DNA from: an uncultured Alphaproteobacteria bacterium
GTDB taxonomy: Bacteria > Pseudomonadota > Alphaproteobacteria > Rickettsiales > UBA1997
Direction of reading: 5' to 3'
Assembly: GCA_903879805.1 (NCBI GenBank)
Contig: CAIRMX010000042.1
Span: 1-63,581, forward strand
DNA: 63,581 bases
Shown here: one piece after another, positions 29,517 to 38,044 of the stretch
Layout of the letters: each line of letters starts with the position of its first letter
How positions within the stretch are numbered: the stretch's first letter is position 1
Notes under the pieces: model-generated
What the model was told of the DNA's origin: nothing
Databases searched by the model: none
Seen by the model: the letters and a program-made list of their open reading frames with translations, nothing else
Program-made: the position numbers and the translations under genes

Positions 29517-32500
29517 ATGAATAACCTCAACCTCTCCCAAACAGTTCAGCTTCAACAAAGCGCCTCTGACCCTAAAAATTCAGCTTGGGTTTTCGCGTCC
29601 GCAGGCTCCGGCAAAACTAAAATTCTCACCGATCGCGTTTTAAGACTTCTGCTTGATGACATTTCTCCGAGCAAAATTCTCTGCCTCACCTTCACCAAAG
29701 TCGCCGCCGCCGAAATGCAGCATCGTATAAATTCTGAATTGGCGAAATGGATTTTGTGCAGTGACGAAGAATTAGTAAAAAAACTCAGCGATTTAAGCGG
29801 CAAAAATCCAACCCAAATTGACCTGAAAAAAGCGCGAACTTTATTCGTCAAAATCCTCGATGAAGAAGCTAAAATCAAAGTTCAAACCATTCACTCTTTC
29901 TGCCAGACTTTAATCAAAATTTTTCCATTTGAAGCCAAGGTAAAACCAACTTTTGAAGTGTTGGAAGAAAATCAGGAAAAACTGTTACTCAAACAGGCGC
30001 AAAAAGAAGTTTTGAAAAAAGCGCTGACCAATCTTGAGCTGAAAAACTTAGTCCAAAAAACTAACGCCAAACTTCACGAAGAAAGCTTTACTGGCCTTGT
30101 TGCGAACCTTTTAAACAAAAAAGAACAACTCAACTCTTTGAAGGAAAATTTCTTCGGAATTGAGAATGTGATTGCGGAAATTTTTAAGAATTTTTCGGTG
30201 TCAAAAAATCAAGCTGATGCAGAAATTTTTGCTGATTTTTTAATCCAAATTAATCGCGCCGAAAATTTTGCTCTAGCCTCTCGCTTAGAAGCAGGAAGCT
30301 CCTCAAAAAATGCGGAAACTGCCACCAAGATCAGAATTTTTTTAGATGATCCAGTTTTAGAAAATTTCGAAACTTACAAATTAGCTTTTTTCACCAAAGA
30401 GAATGAGCCACGTAAAATTTACGGCGAACCAGCAAAAGATCAGATAAATCTTAGCTTCATGACCGACTCTCAAAAAATTATTTTGGATTTTTTGGACAAA
30501 TTAAACTCACTAAAAATTGCCAACGACACCGCCCTGCTTCTACGTTTTGTCGATCACATTTTAGAAAATTACTCGCAGCTAAAAAAACAAAATTCCGTTT
30601 TGGATTACAACGACCTAATCGTTGAAACCAATAGGCTCTTAGCTAATGCCGATTTTTCCAATTGGGTAAAATTAAAAATGGATGGTACTTTCGACCACGT
30701 TTTAATCGATGAATCACAGGATACTAACCACCAGCAATGGAATATTATTAAAGCGCTGAGCGAAGATTTTTTTGTGGGAGAAAGTTCGGCCAATAAAAAT
30801 CGCAGCATTTTTATTGTTGGTGATGAGAAACAGTCGATCTACAGTTTTCAAGGCGCTGAGCCCAATATTAGTGCGGAAATTTTTGAGTTTTTTGCGAGCA
30901 AACTTGGCGGCAATCTAAAAAAAATTGAGCTAAATAATTCTTTCCGCTCTGGCGCAAAAGTTTTGCAAGCAGTTGACCAAGTTTTCTCTGATCCAAAAAG
31001 AAAACACGCCATTAGCAAAGTATCGGAATTTTCCGAGCACAAACCAATCCGCGACGCCATTGGCAAGGTTGAAATCTGGCCGCAAATCCAAAATGAAAAA
31101 GAAGAGAAAAAAGAAAAAAGCTACGAGTGGCAAATTGATTTTACTGCCAAAAAAATTCCGCAAGAAGAAGAGATTTTGGCCGAGATTATTGCGCGAAAAA
31201 TTAAGTCACGAGTCGAGCTAAAAGAGCTAAACTACGGCGATTTCATGATTCTATTGCGCAATCGTACCAATGGTTTTGACCGCGCCTTAACTAAATTTTT
31301 TCACCAATATCAAATTCCTTTCACTTCCGTTAGTCGCGTGAAATTTAGCGAAAGCCTGTTGATTCAGGATCTGCTTAGCGCTGCTAAATTTGTCACTTTG
31401 CCACAAGATGATTTAAATTTGGCCTGCCTTTTGAAGTCACCGATTTTTGAAATGTCGGAAGAAAATTTACTAGAAATCTGCCTGAAAAAAAATGCCGATG
31501 AAAGCACTATTTATCAGGTTTTAGAGCATTTGCCAAAATTTTCTGAAGTTAAGAAAAATCTCGAAGAATTAATCACCAAATCGCAAAACCTCACCTGCTT
31601 TGAGTTTTTTTATTTTCTGCTTCACGAAAAAAATCATCAGCAAAATTTCATCGCGCATTTTGGGCCCGAAAGCGTGGAAATGCTGGATAAATTTACTTTA
31701 AGCGCCTTCGATTTTTCGCAGAATTTCTCTCCAAATTTGCAAAAGTTTTTAGAATTTATTGAAAGACTCGATCCGAGAATTTCATTGGCGTCAGAAGAAG
31801 ATAACCGCGTTCGAATCAGCACCATTCACTCAGCAAAAGGTCTGCAAGCCCGCGCCGTAATGGTTCCCGACTGTGCTTATAATTTTAATCAATTGCTTAG
31901 CGCTAAAGAGGAAATTTCTTGGGTGGAATTTGGTGGCGATAAATTTCCACTTTGGTGCCGAAAAAAAGATGATGAAAACCGCTACTTAAAAAAGCATCGC
32001 GCCGAAAAATTAATTGAAGCGAAAGAAGAATATTTACGCTTGCTTTACGTAGCAATGACGCGCGCTGAGGATGAGTTATATGTTGGAGGATTTGGTAATT
32101 CTTCAGATCCAGAATCTTGGTATGAGGTGGTGAAGAATTCGGTTACTTGTGGAGAAGTTGTGACGAAGGAAAAGTTTTTTGAACCGATCACTCTCACCCC
32201 AAATGTCATGCTGGGATTGTCGAATGGTGATTCAAGCCCGTGTCCAGAATCACCATTCGATAGGCTCAGGGTGACATCTAGTGGGGTTACGAAATCAACC
32301 CAAAACCAAATCAACCACTCCCAAATCAAAGGCCGACTCGTTCACAAAATTTTCGAAATCATCGGCAAAAATTTCAGCGCCGACAAAAATTGGCTGCTGC
32401 AATTAGCTGAAAAAATTATTCAAAAAGAAGAGTTTTTAGACGAGAAAGAAAAAAATAAAATACAGCACGAGATCTCTGAATTCATGGCTAGCGATCAATT

Positions 32501-32777
32501 TGAAAAACTTTTTTCAGGCAAAGTGAAATGCGAAATTGAACTTGCCGGAGAAGTCGAAAATAAAAAAATTCTCGGACGAATTGATCTGCTAGTTGAACGA
32601 GAAAATGAAATTTTAATCATCGATTACAAATCGGATGAAGCCTTGCCAAAAACAACTCCGCAGCATTATTTAAAGCAGCTAGAAACTTATGCAAAACTAG
32701 TAAGAAATCTTCACCCCAACCTGCCAATTAAAACCGGAATTTTTTGGACAGGATTTTTGAAATTAGAAATTTTTTAG
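29517..32777 (+). CDS. addA: Double-strand break repair helicase-nuclease AddA (UvrD-like helicase plus PD-(D/E)xK nuclease) carrying an in-frame palindromic element
   Basis: Walker A ASAGSGKT, IDESQDTN, VGDEKQSIYSFQGA, TIHSAKGLQ, YVAMTRA and C-terminal nuclease motif LIIDYKSDE. The start is ATG at 29517, with GTG at 29472 as an alternative. No addB is adjacent. Confidence 0.85.
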   Translation: MNNLNLSQTVQLQQSASDPKNSAWVFASAGSGKTKILTDRVLRLLLDDISPSKILCLTFTKVAAAEMQHRINSELAKWILCSDEELVKKLSDLSGKNPTQIDLKKARTLFVKILDEEAKIKVQTIHSFCQTLIKIFPFEAKVKPTFEVLEENQEKLLLKQAQKEVLKKALTNLELKNLVQKTNAKLHEESFTGLVANLLNKKEQLNSLKENFFGIENVIAEIFKNFSVSKNQADAEIFADFLIQINRAENFALASRLEAGSSSKNAETATKIRIFLDDPVLENFETYKLAFFTKENEPRKIYGEPAKDQINLSFMTDSQKIILDFLDKLNSLKIANDTALLLRFVDHILENYSQLKKQNSVLDYNDLIVETNRLLANADFSNWVKLKMDGTFDHVLIDESQDTNHQQWNIIKALSEDFFVGESSANKNRSIFIVGDEKQSIYSFQGAEPNISAEIFEFFASKLGGNLKKIELNNSFRSGAKVLQAVDQVFSDPKRKHAISKVSEFSEHKPIRDAIGKVEIWPQIQNEKEEKKEKSYEWQIDFTAKKIPQEEEILAEIIARKIKSRVELKELNYGDFMILLRNRTNGFDRALTKFFHQYQIPFTSVSRVKFSESLLIQDLLSAAKFVTLPQDDLNLACLLKSPIFEMSEENLLEICLKKNADESTIYQVLEHLPKFSEVKKNLEELITKSQNLTCFEFFYFLLHEKNHQQNFIAHFGPESVEMLDKFTLSAFDFSQNFSPNLQKFLEFIERLDPRISLASEEDNRVRISTIHSAKGLQARAVMVPDCAYNFNQLLSAKEEISWVEFGGDKFPLWCRKKDDENRYLKKHRAEKLIEAKEEYLRLLYVAMTRAEDELYVGGFGNSSDPESWYEVVKNSVTCGEVVTKEKFFEPITLTPNVMLGLSNGDSSPCPESPFDRLRVTSSGVTKSTQNQINHSQIKGRLVHKIFEIIGKNFSADKNWLLQLAEKIIQKEEFLDEKEKNKIQHEISEFMASDQFEKLFSGKVKCEIELAGEVENKKILGRIDLLVERENEILIIDYKSDEALPKTTPQHYLKQLETYAKLVRNLHPNLPIKTGIFWTGFLKLEIF
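32196..32287. repeat. Palindromic element, family 2, in frame inside addA
   Basis: accccaaatgtcatgctgggattgtcgaatggtgattc-aagcccgtgtcca-gaatcaccattcgataggctcagggtgacatctagtggggt. The central stem is a perfect 14 bp, and the arms match over about 38 nt. It encodes PNVMLGLSNGDSSPCPESPFDRLRVTSSG. Confidence 0.75.
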
Positions 32778-32788
32778 AATTTGATTTT

Positions 32789-33457
32789 ATGCCAATCAAA
32801 ACCAACAAACAAATTAGTAAAATTCGCACCAATCTTCCCAAAATTATCCCTCAATCTAAAACCAGACTTCTGCAACAATTTTTAGATGAGGGTGAGCATG
32901 AAGTTGAAGAAATTGAGATAACATTAAAACCTCACAATCCCTATGAATATGGTAGTATAGGCTTCCATGCTGCATTCTCCATCCCAGAGCAAAGTTTAGA
33001 ATCTCTATCCACCTCTTTTGGATCTAAAATTTCGAAAAAAGATATTAGGAGAATTTTTGCAGAGATTGTAGCAATTATGCAAAACCCAGAATCCGTTGCC
33101 AGACATTTAAAATCTTTGGATGATGCAATTGGAACAACAATTGCACCTCTTGAATATGGCGAAGCAGATTTGCCACAATATTTGATTCCCGCTCGCGGAT
33201 ATTTTATTGCCGGCCCTCCTCCAGAAAATTATCAACCGCGCAATCAAGGTCGATCTTTAGATCAAGAATTATTGAAGCGAGAAATGGCTCATGGCATTAA
33301 TATGGAAGGTTTTACACCAAAATTCGTCGGTCTGATCAACCGCAACAAAGCTAATAAATTTGTAACAGACGGACATCTTTTTTCAGAAGATGCGCAAGTG
33401 CAAAATTTACTAACTTCACTCCAAATATTCTCACAGATTACATCACGAAGTTATTAG
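32789..33457 (+). CDS. Hypothetical protein, possibly the 5' part of a disrupted larger gene
   Basis: 222 aa from the ATG at 32789. No recognised motif. The next ORF continues in another frame with a 44-nt overlap. Confidence 0.5.
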   Translation: MPIKTNKQISKIRTNLPKIIPQSKTRLLQQFLDEGEHEVEEIEITLKPHNPYEYGSIGFHAAFSIPEQSLESLSTSFGSKISKKDIRRIFAEIVAIMQNPESVARHLKSLDDAIGTTIAPLEYGEADLPQYLIPARGYFIAGPPPENYQPRNQGRSLDQELLKREMAHGINMEGFTPKFVGLINRNKANKFVTDGHLFSEDAQVQNLLTSLQIFSQITSRSY

Positions 33458-33509
33458 AAATGCCGTAGAAGCAGGAGAGATAGATTTATCAATTGGCGAT
33501 AACAAAACA

Positions 33510-33728
33510 TTGAGCCAGAGAGAATTATTAATACTACTAACAACCTCCACCACGAGCAGATACAGTCTCTGGGATCGCTTGATTGACTCTCTAGACGATA
33601 GTTTAATTCCAACTAGGTCAGAAACATCTACGGAAGATCCTTTTAGCACTCACGAAAAATCATATTCTGTCGAAAATTTTTCATATAGCAGCAGATCTCC
33701 TTTTACTATTAACTCTCTAATCACTTGA
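33510..33728 (+). CDS. Hypothetical ORF fragment (frame open from 33414)
   Basis: Same strand as its neighbours and the same frame as 33741-34454, from which it is separated by a single TGA at 33726-33728. It has no ATG. Confidence 0.3.
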   Translation: MSQRELLILLTTSTTSRYSLWDRLIDSLDDSLIPTRSETSTEDPFSTHEKSYSVENFSYSSRSPFTINSLIT

Positions 33729-33740
33729 TTCGGCGTAGAT

Positions 33741-34454
33741 TTGGGTGTACCAAATTTACAGCATTATCTTCTCAATAGTCATTGGAAGGAAGCGGCTCAA
33801 ATGGTGGAAAAAGCAAGAGAGATAATTAAAGAAGATAGAGGCGCGGCAGCAAATGCGAGTAAGTTTGATCCAGTTGAGGCTTTGATTAATTTTCAGATCA
33901 CACCTTATTCAAAACTTGCGGGACAAATTTATAATGAAAGCGGTAACGAACTTAGAAAATTAAGAAACAAACTTTTGCCAACAACCTTCCAAACAGAAAC
34001 CCCAACAATTGCTACCGACTTTTCTAGCCTCTACACTAGCTGCATGAAATCGCTCGCAACCATTGGATATATCGGTCCTGGATTTGTTGGGCCATCACCC
34101 CTAACCACCTCTCCGCAGCAAGCAGAAAAATCAACAAAATATCAACCATATCAACAAGAGACTCCTGCTAGTCAAATTGTTGTGCCTGCATTGTTACAAG
34201 CTATTTTGCCATCATTACCAAAATCTTCAGATAGCATTGATAAAGGAATCAAAAAGAAAACTTCGGAGCCAAAGCCATTAGGCCGAACTCATGAATCTAT
34301 GGATGCTTATGCCGCAGAAAAATTCAAAACTGCTAAAGAGCAGCAACCAAAACCTCAACCAACAAAATTCAGTCTTCGTAGCTTATATCAAAGACCTCGA
34401 ATTTCGCCTACAACTCCAATCGTAACATCTCTTCAAAGCTTGGACGACGTCTAA
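33741..34454 (+). CDS. Hypothetical protein, possibly the 3' part of a disrupted larger gene
   Basis: 237 aa with a TTG start. The C-terminal half is Pro/Ser/Thr/Gln-rich. No recognised motif. Confidence 0.45.
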   Translation: MGVPNLQHYLLNSHWKEAAQMVEKAREIIKEDRGAAANASKFDPVEALINFQITPYSKLAGQIYNESGNELRKLRNKLLPTTFQTETPTIATDFSSLYTSCMKSLATIGYIGPGFVGPSPLTTSPQQAEKSTKYQPYQQETPASQIVVPALLQAILPSLPKSSDSIDKGIKKKTSEPKPLGRTHESMDAYAAEKFKTAKEQQPKPQPTKFSLRSLYQRPRISPTTPIVTSLQSLDDV

Positions 34455-35667
34455 TCACACTAAATTTATCACCATCAACCAAAACTTCCGGAATCATCGG
34501 GCGGCAATTATACTCGTTTGACATTGACGAGCCGTAAGCACCCGCCGAGCAAAATGCCAGCAAATCTTCCGACTGTGGATAAATCATGGCGCGATTTGCG
34601 GCTAAAATATCGGTGCTTTCGCACACCGGACCCGCAAGGTCGTAAGCCATTTCGACACCATATTTTTTCGCAACTGGCATGACTTCGTGGTAAGATCCGT
34701 AAAGTCCTGGACGCATCAAATCATTCATCGCGGCGTCAATTATCACAAAATTTTTCACGTCAGTTTCTTTCAAAAACAGAACTTTGGTAATCAACAAACC
34801 TGCGCTGCCAACCATTGCTCTGCCTGGCGCGATGGTCACGCTAACGTCCAAACCTTCAATCACGTCTTTGATTAATTTGGCGTAATCATTGAGCAAAAGT
34901 GTGTTTTCGTTTTTGTATAAAATTCCAATGCCACCGCCGAAATCCAAAGCGGAAATTTTGTGACCATTTTTTTTGAGAGTTAGGCAAAGATCACGCAATT
35001 TTGTAAAAGCCAATTTGAATGGTTCCAGCGTAGTAATTTGCGAACCGATATGCATCGCGATACCATGAATTTCAAGGCTTGGCAGCTTTGACACCAAAGC
35101 GTAAATCGCCTCAGCTTTTTCAATATCCACACCAAATTTGTCGCCTTTGCGGCCAGTGGAAATTTTGTCGTGAGTTTTAGCGTCAACATTGGGATTTACG
35201 CGCAAGCTGAATTTGGCTTTTTTGCCGAGCTTTCCTGCAACTTCATTGAGCAAAAATATTTCGGCTTCTGATTCCACCGAAAATTCTTCAACACCATTTT
35301 TTAAAGCGAATTCCATTTCTTCGCGGGTTTTGCCTACCCCAGCAAAAACGATTTTTTTCGGATCAACTTTTGCTTTAAGTCCACGAAAAACCTCACCAGC
35401 TGAAACCGCGTCAATTCCGGCTCCAAGCTTGCTCAAAACTTCAACTAAGTGAATATTGAAATTGGCTTTAATGGCGTAGCAAATTTTGTAATTGGCAATT
35501 CCTGCATGCGCAAATGCATCGACAAAAGATTGAAAATTCTCAACTAAAGATTTTTTGGAATAGCAATAAAATGGCGTTCCCACCGATGCGGCGATGTCCT
35601 TAATTGCAACATTCTCCACAAAAAGTTGATCGTGGTTTTTTTGATTTTTGTAAGAGAGATGTTTCAT
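34408..35667 (-). CDS. lysA: Diaminopimelate decarboxylase
   Basis: 419 aa. PLP-lysine motif CYAIKAN, plus HIGSQ, DFGGGIG, CESTD and SAGAYG. Confidence 0.95.
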   Translation of the reverse strand: MKHLSYKNQKNHDQLFVENVAIKDIAASVGTPFYCYSKKSLVENFQSFVDAFAHAGIANYKICYAIKANFNIHLVEVLSKLGAGIDAVSAGEVFRGLKAKVDPKKIVFAGVGKTREEMEFALKNGVEEFSVESEAEIFLLNEVAGKLGKKAKFSLRVNPNVDAKTHDKISTGRKGDKFGVDIEKAEAIYALVSKLPSLEIHGIAMHIGSQITTLEPFKLAFTKLRDLCLTLKKNGHKISALDFGGGIGILYKNENTLLLNDYAKLIKDVIEGLDVSVTIAPGRAMVGSAGLLITKVLFLKETDVKNFVIIDAAMNDLMRPGLYGSYHEVMPVAKKYGVEMAYDLAGPVCESTDILAANRAMIYPQSEDLLAFCSAGAYGSSMSNEYNCRPMIPEVLVDGDKFSVIRRRPSFEEMLRLEL

Positions 35668-35698
35668 TTTTTAATATTTAATTAGCTTTTAACCCAAA

Positions 35699-38005
35699 CT
35701 AGTAACGCACTATTACGACACCACTTCCACCTTTAGAGCCCGCAATATCCTGACTTGGCGCACCGCCACCGCCAGCACCAAGGCCGTCAGTTCCAGCCAC
35801 ACCGACATTGCCGCCACCTCCCAAACCGCCAGTGCCGTTGCTGCCGCCTGAGTTATAATAACTAGAAGCTCCACCACCGCCATAATAAGTAGCCGTTCCG
35901 GTTATGCTATTTTGTATGCCGACTCCACCATTGCCACCCTTAGTACTTGAACCATTTTGTCCGGCACCTCCAGCACCGCCGCCGCCACCACCACCATAGT
36001 TAGGAGCAGATGAAGAATTGTTTCCTCCGGCATATCCTTGACCACTAGTTGCAGTACCACCGTTTTTCGAAGACCCAGAAATTCCTCCCCCACCGCCAGA
36101 GCCTCCTGAAGGTGCCGGAGTAGTATCTGCCTGACGAGCACCACCACCGCCACCGCCAATTGCTGTCAAAGATGAAGAAAATAAAGAATTTTCGCCATTG
36201 CTTCCCACCAAATTTGGAAAAGATCCACCCGTTGAAGCACTGCCATTTCCACCCGAGCCCACCGTGACTGTAATAGGAGCAGTAACCGAAAAAGAGCTGT
36301 TATAAATAACTCCACCTGCTCCTCCGCCAGATCCTCCAGCACCCCCAGCTCCTCCGCTACCGCCGCCACCACCAGCAACCACTAACACTTGCACTGACTT
36401 TGTGGCAGGACAGGTGAAGGTATAAGTTCCAACCGTCATAAATTTAAAAATCGTAGATCCCGGCACTGACGTTGTATCAGCGCTTGGGGCACCAGTACCA
36501 CTGACTGAACAAGAACCTCCCAAAACACATGTGGAACCGGATAAACTATATCCCGAAGCGCAAGCACAAGTTCCAACCGAAGATAAAGTTCCATTATTGC
36601 AGCTGTAAGTAACATCTGCAGTTCCGCTAAAATTAGTGCCGTTACAGATAAAACTTCCACTAGCCTGATGTGCAACTGTAGTAGGAGTAGAAACTCCCGT
36701 AACTGCTGTAGTAGAGCAAGATGATCCCAAAACGCACGAACCACCTGATTCAACATATCCGCCCGCCGTGTTGCAAGCGCACGCTCCGCCGTAGCTCGCA
36801 GTACCATTGCTGCAACTGTATGAAACTGTCCCTGTGTAACCCGTAACATTGCAAGTCATGCTGCCAGTAGCGCCACTGGCAACTGAGCTAGTATTTGTCG
36901 ATCCAGTCAAACTAAGTGTGCATGGAATAGTCGGAGTGCAGCTTCCGCTAACACTCGCTGTGCCGCTGATACAAGTGTAACTAACAGATCCCGAATAGTT
37001 GGTCTGGTTACAAGCAATTGAGGTTGAAGATGAAGTGGCGGCAACTGTAGCGCTAATCCCAGCTTGGCTGATGGAACAAGTCGCAGAAGCTAAATCGCAT
37101 CCAGAATCAGTAATTGTATATCCAACACATGAGCCGCTTGGTGCTGAAGCTCTGTTGATTGAACGAGTCCATTTCTTACCAGCGTAATCTTCAATTGGTT
37201 GTCTTTCTTCGGGCTTTAAAGCGCGGGCGTAAATCGCGATTTCTCCGATTTCTCCGGTGTAGCCTTTGCCAATTGCAAGTGAAGTAATGCCAGAAAGGTG
37301 AGCGGTTTTAGTCGCATCCTGCGCGGCTAAAATACCGTTGATGTAAGTTGAATTTCCCGCTGTTGAGCTGTGAACAAATGTGAATTGACGTGGCTTATCG
37401 GTTGAAGATGCGTAAGAGCTAACCGATGCACCAGTGGCGTAAGATTGATTTCCTTGAGCGTGAATCACTGTTGAGTCTGAACCGTAACCTAAAGCTAAGC
37501 TAGTATTGGGACTTCCTGAAGTTTCTCCGATAAAATAATTGTTACTGGCAGAGCTTTGTCTCTTCTCCAGAACCATGATTGTGTAGTCGGTGCCGTTTAA
37601 AAACGAAGCATCCGAGATTTGCAAATAGTTCGCCGTACTTCCGTCAAACTTAATCGCGTGAACGTGATTGATGGTGTTTGCGTAAGTTGGACCGGTTCCC
37701 ACCGCAACCACTAAAGGTTTAGCAGCATTGCTACTTTGATCATACCAAGCAGTTACTGCGGCACCATCACTTGCTTGCGAGCTGTCGATACTGGCACTTA
37801 AGCTAGTTTCTAGCCACAGCATATTATCTTTGATTCCGGGAACTGGCGAAGAGCGAGCTAGAGATTCTGCGGCGGCTAAACGTGATTTTGCAATTATACG
37901 AGTTCCGATGAAGGTTCCCGAAATCATAATGCCGATGATTAAGATAATTACCGAGAGTTCGATGAGGGTGAAGGCACGCGACTTATAATGTTTTTTATAC
38001 TTCAT
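35699..38005 (-). CDS. Giant prepilin-leader protein, paralog 2: LamG, four-Cys repeats and one glycine-rich domain
   Basis: 768 aa. Leader MKYKKHYKSRA|FTLIELSVIILIIGIMISG. LamG at about 37159-37768 (TAWYDQ, IKFDGSTANYLQI, DYTIMVLEKRQ, GKGYTGEIGEIAIYARALKPEERQPIEDYAGKKW). Cys repeats at about 36506-37132. Gly-rich domain at about 35702-36505, ending GSGVVIVRY. Confidence 0.85.
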   Translation of the reverse strand: MKYKKHYKSRAFTLIELSVIILIIGIMISGTFIGTRIIAKSRLAAAESLARSSPVPGIKDNMLWLETSLSASIDSSQASDGAAVTAWYDQSSNAAKPLVVAVGTGPTYANTINHVHAIKFDGSTANYLQISDASFLNGTDYTIMVLEKRQSSASNNYFIGETSGSPNTSLALGYGSDSTVIHAQGNQSYATGASVSSYASSTDKPRQFTFVHSSTAGNSTYINGILAAQDATKTAHLSGITSLAIGKGYTGEIGEIAIYARALKPEERQPIEDYAGKKWTRSINRASAPSGSCVGYTITDSGCDLASATCSISQAGISATVAATSSSTSIACNQTNYSGSVSYTCISGTASVSGSCTPTIPCTLSLTGSTNTSSVASGATGSMTCNVTGYTGTVSYSCSNGTASYGGACACNTAGGYVESGGSCVLGSSCSTTAVTGVSTPTTVAHQASGSFICNGTNFSGTADVTYSCNNGTLSSVGTCACASGYSLSGSTCVLGGSCSVSGTGAPSADTTSVPGSTIFKFMTVGTYTFTCPATKSVQVLVVAGGGGGSGGAGGAGGSGGGAGGVIYNSSFSVTAPITVTVGSGGNGSASTGGSFPNLVGSNGENSLFSSSLTAIGGGGGGARQADTTPAPSGGSGGGGGISGSSKNGGTATSGQGYAGGNNSSSAPNYGGGGGGGAGGAGQNGSSTKGGNGGVGIQNSITGTATYYGGGGASSYYNSGGSNGTGGLGGGGNVGVAGTDGLGAGGGGAPSQDIAGSKGGSGVVIVRY

Positions 38006-38044
38006 TAACCTGCTCCCATAAAAATATTAAAATCTTGCAATCAA

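Noticed and set aside
33726-33728. In-frame TGA between two same-frame ORFs as evidence for TGA=Trp (genetic code 4) or selenocysteine.
   Set aside because: All housekeeping genes in the window are intact under the standard code. TGA is also used as a true stop, for example at the serC/serB and serB/downstream ATGA junctions. I saw no SECIS-like hairpin. Pseudogenisation or a sequencing error is simpler.
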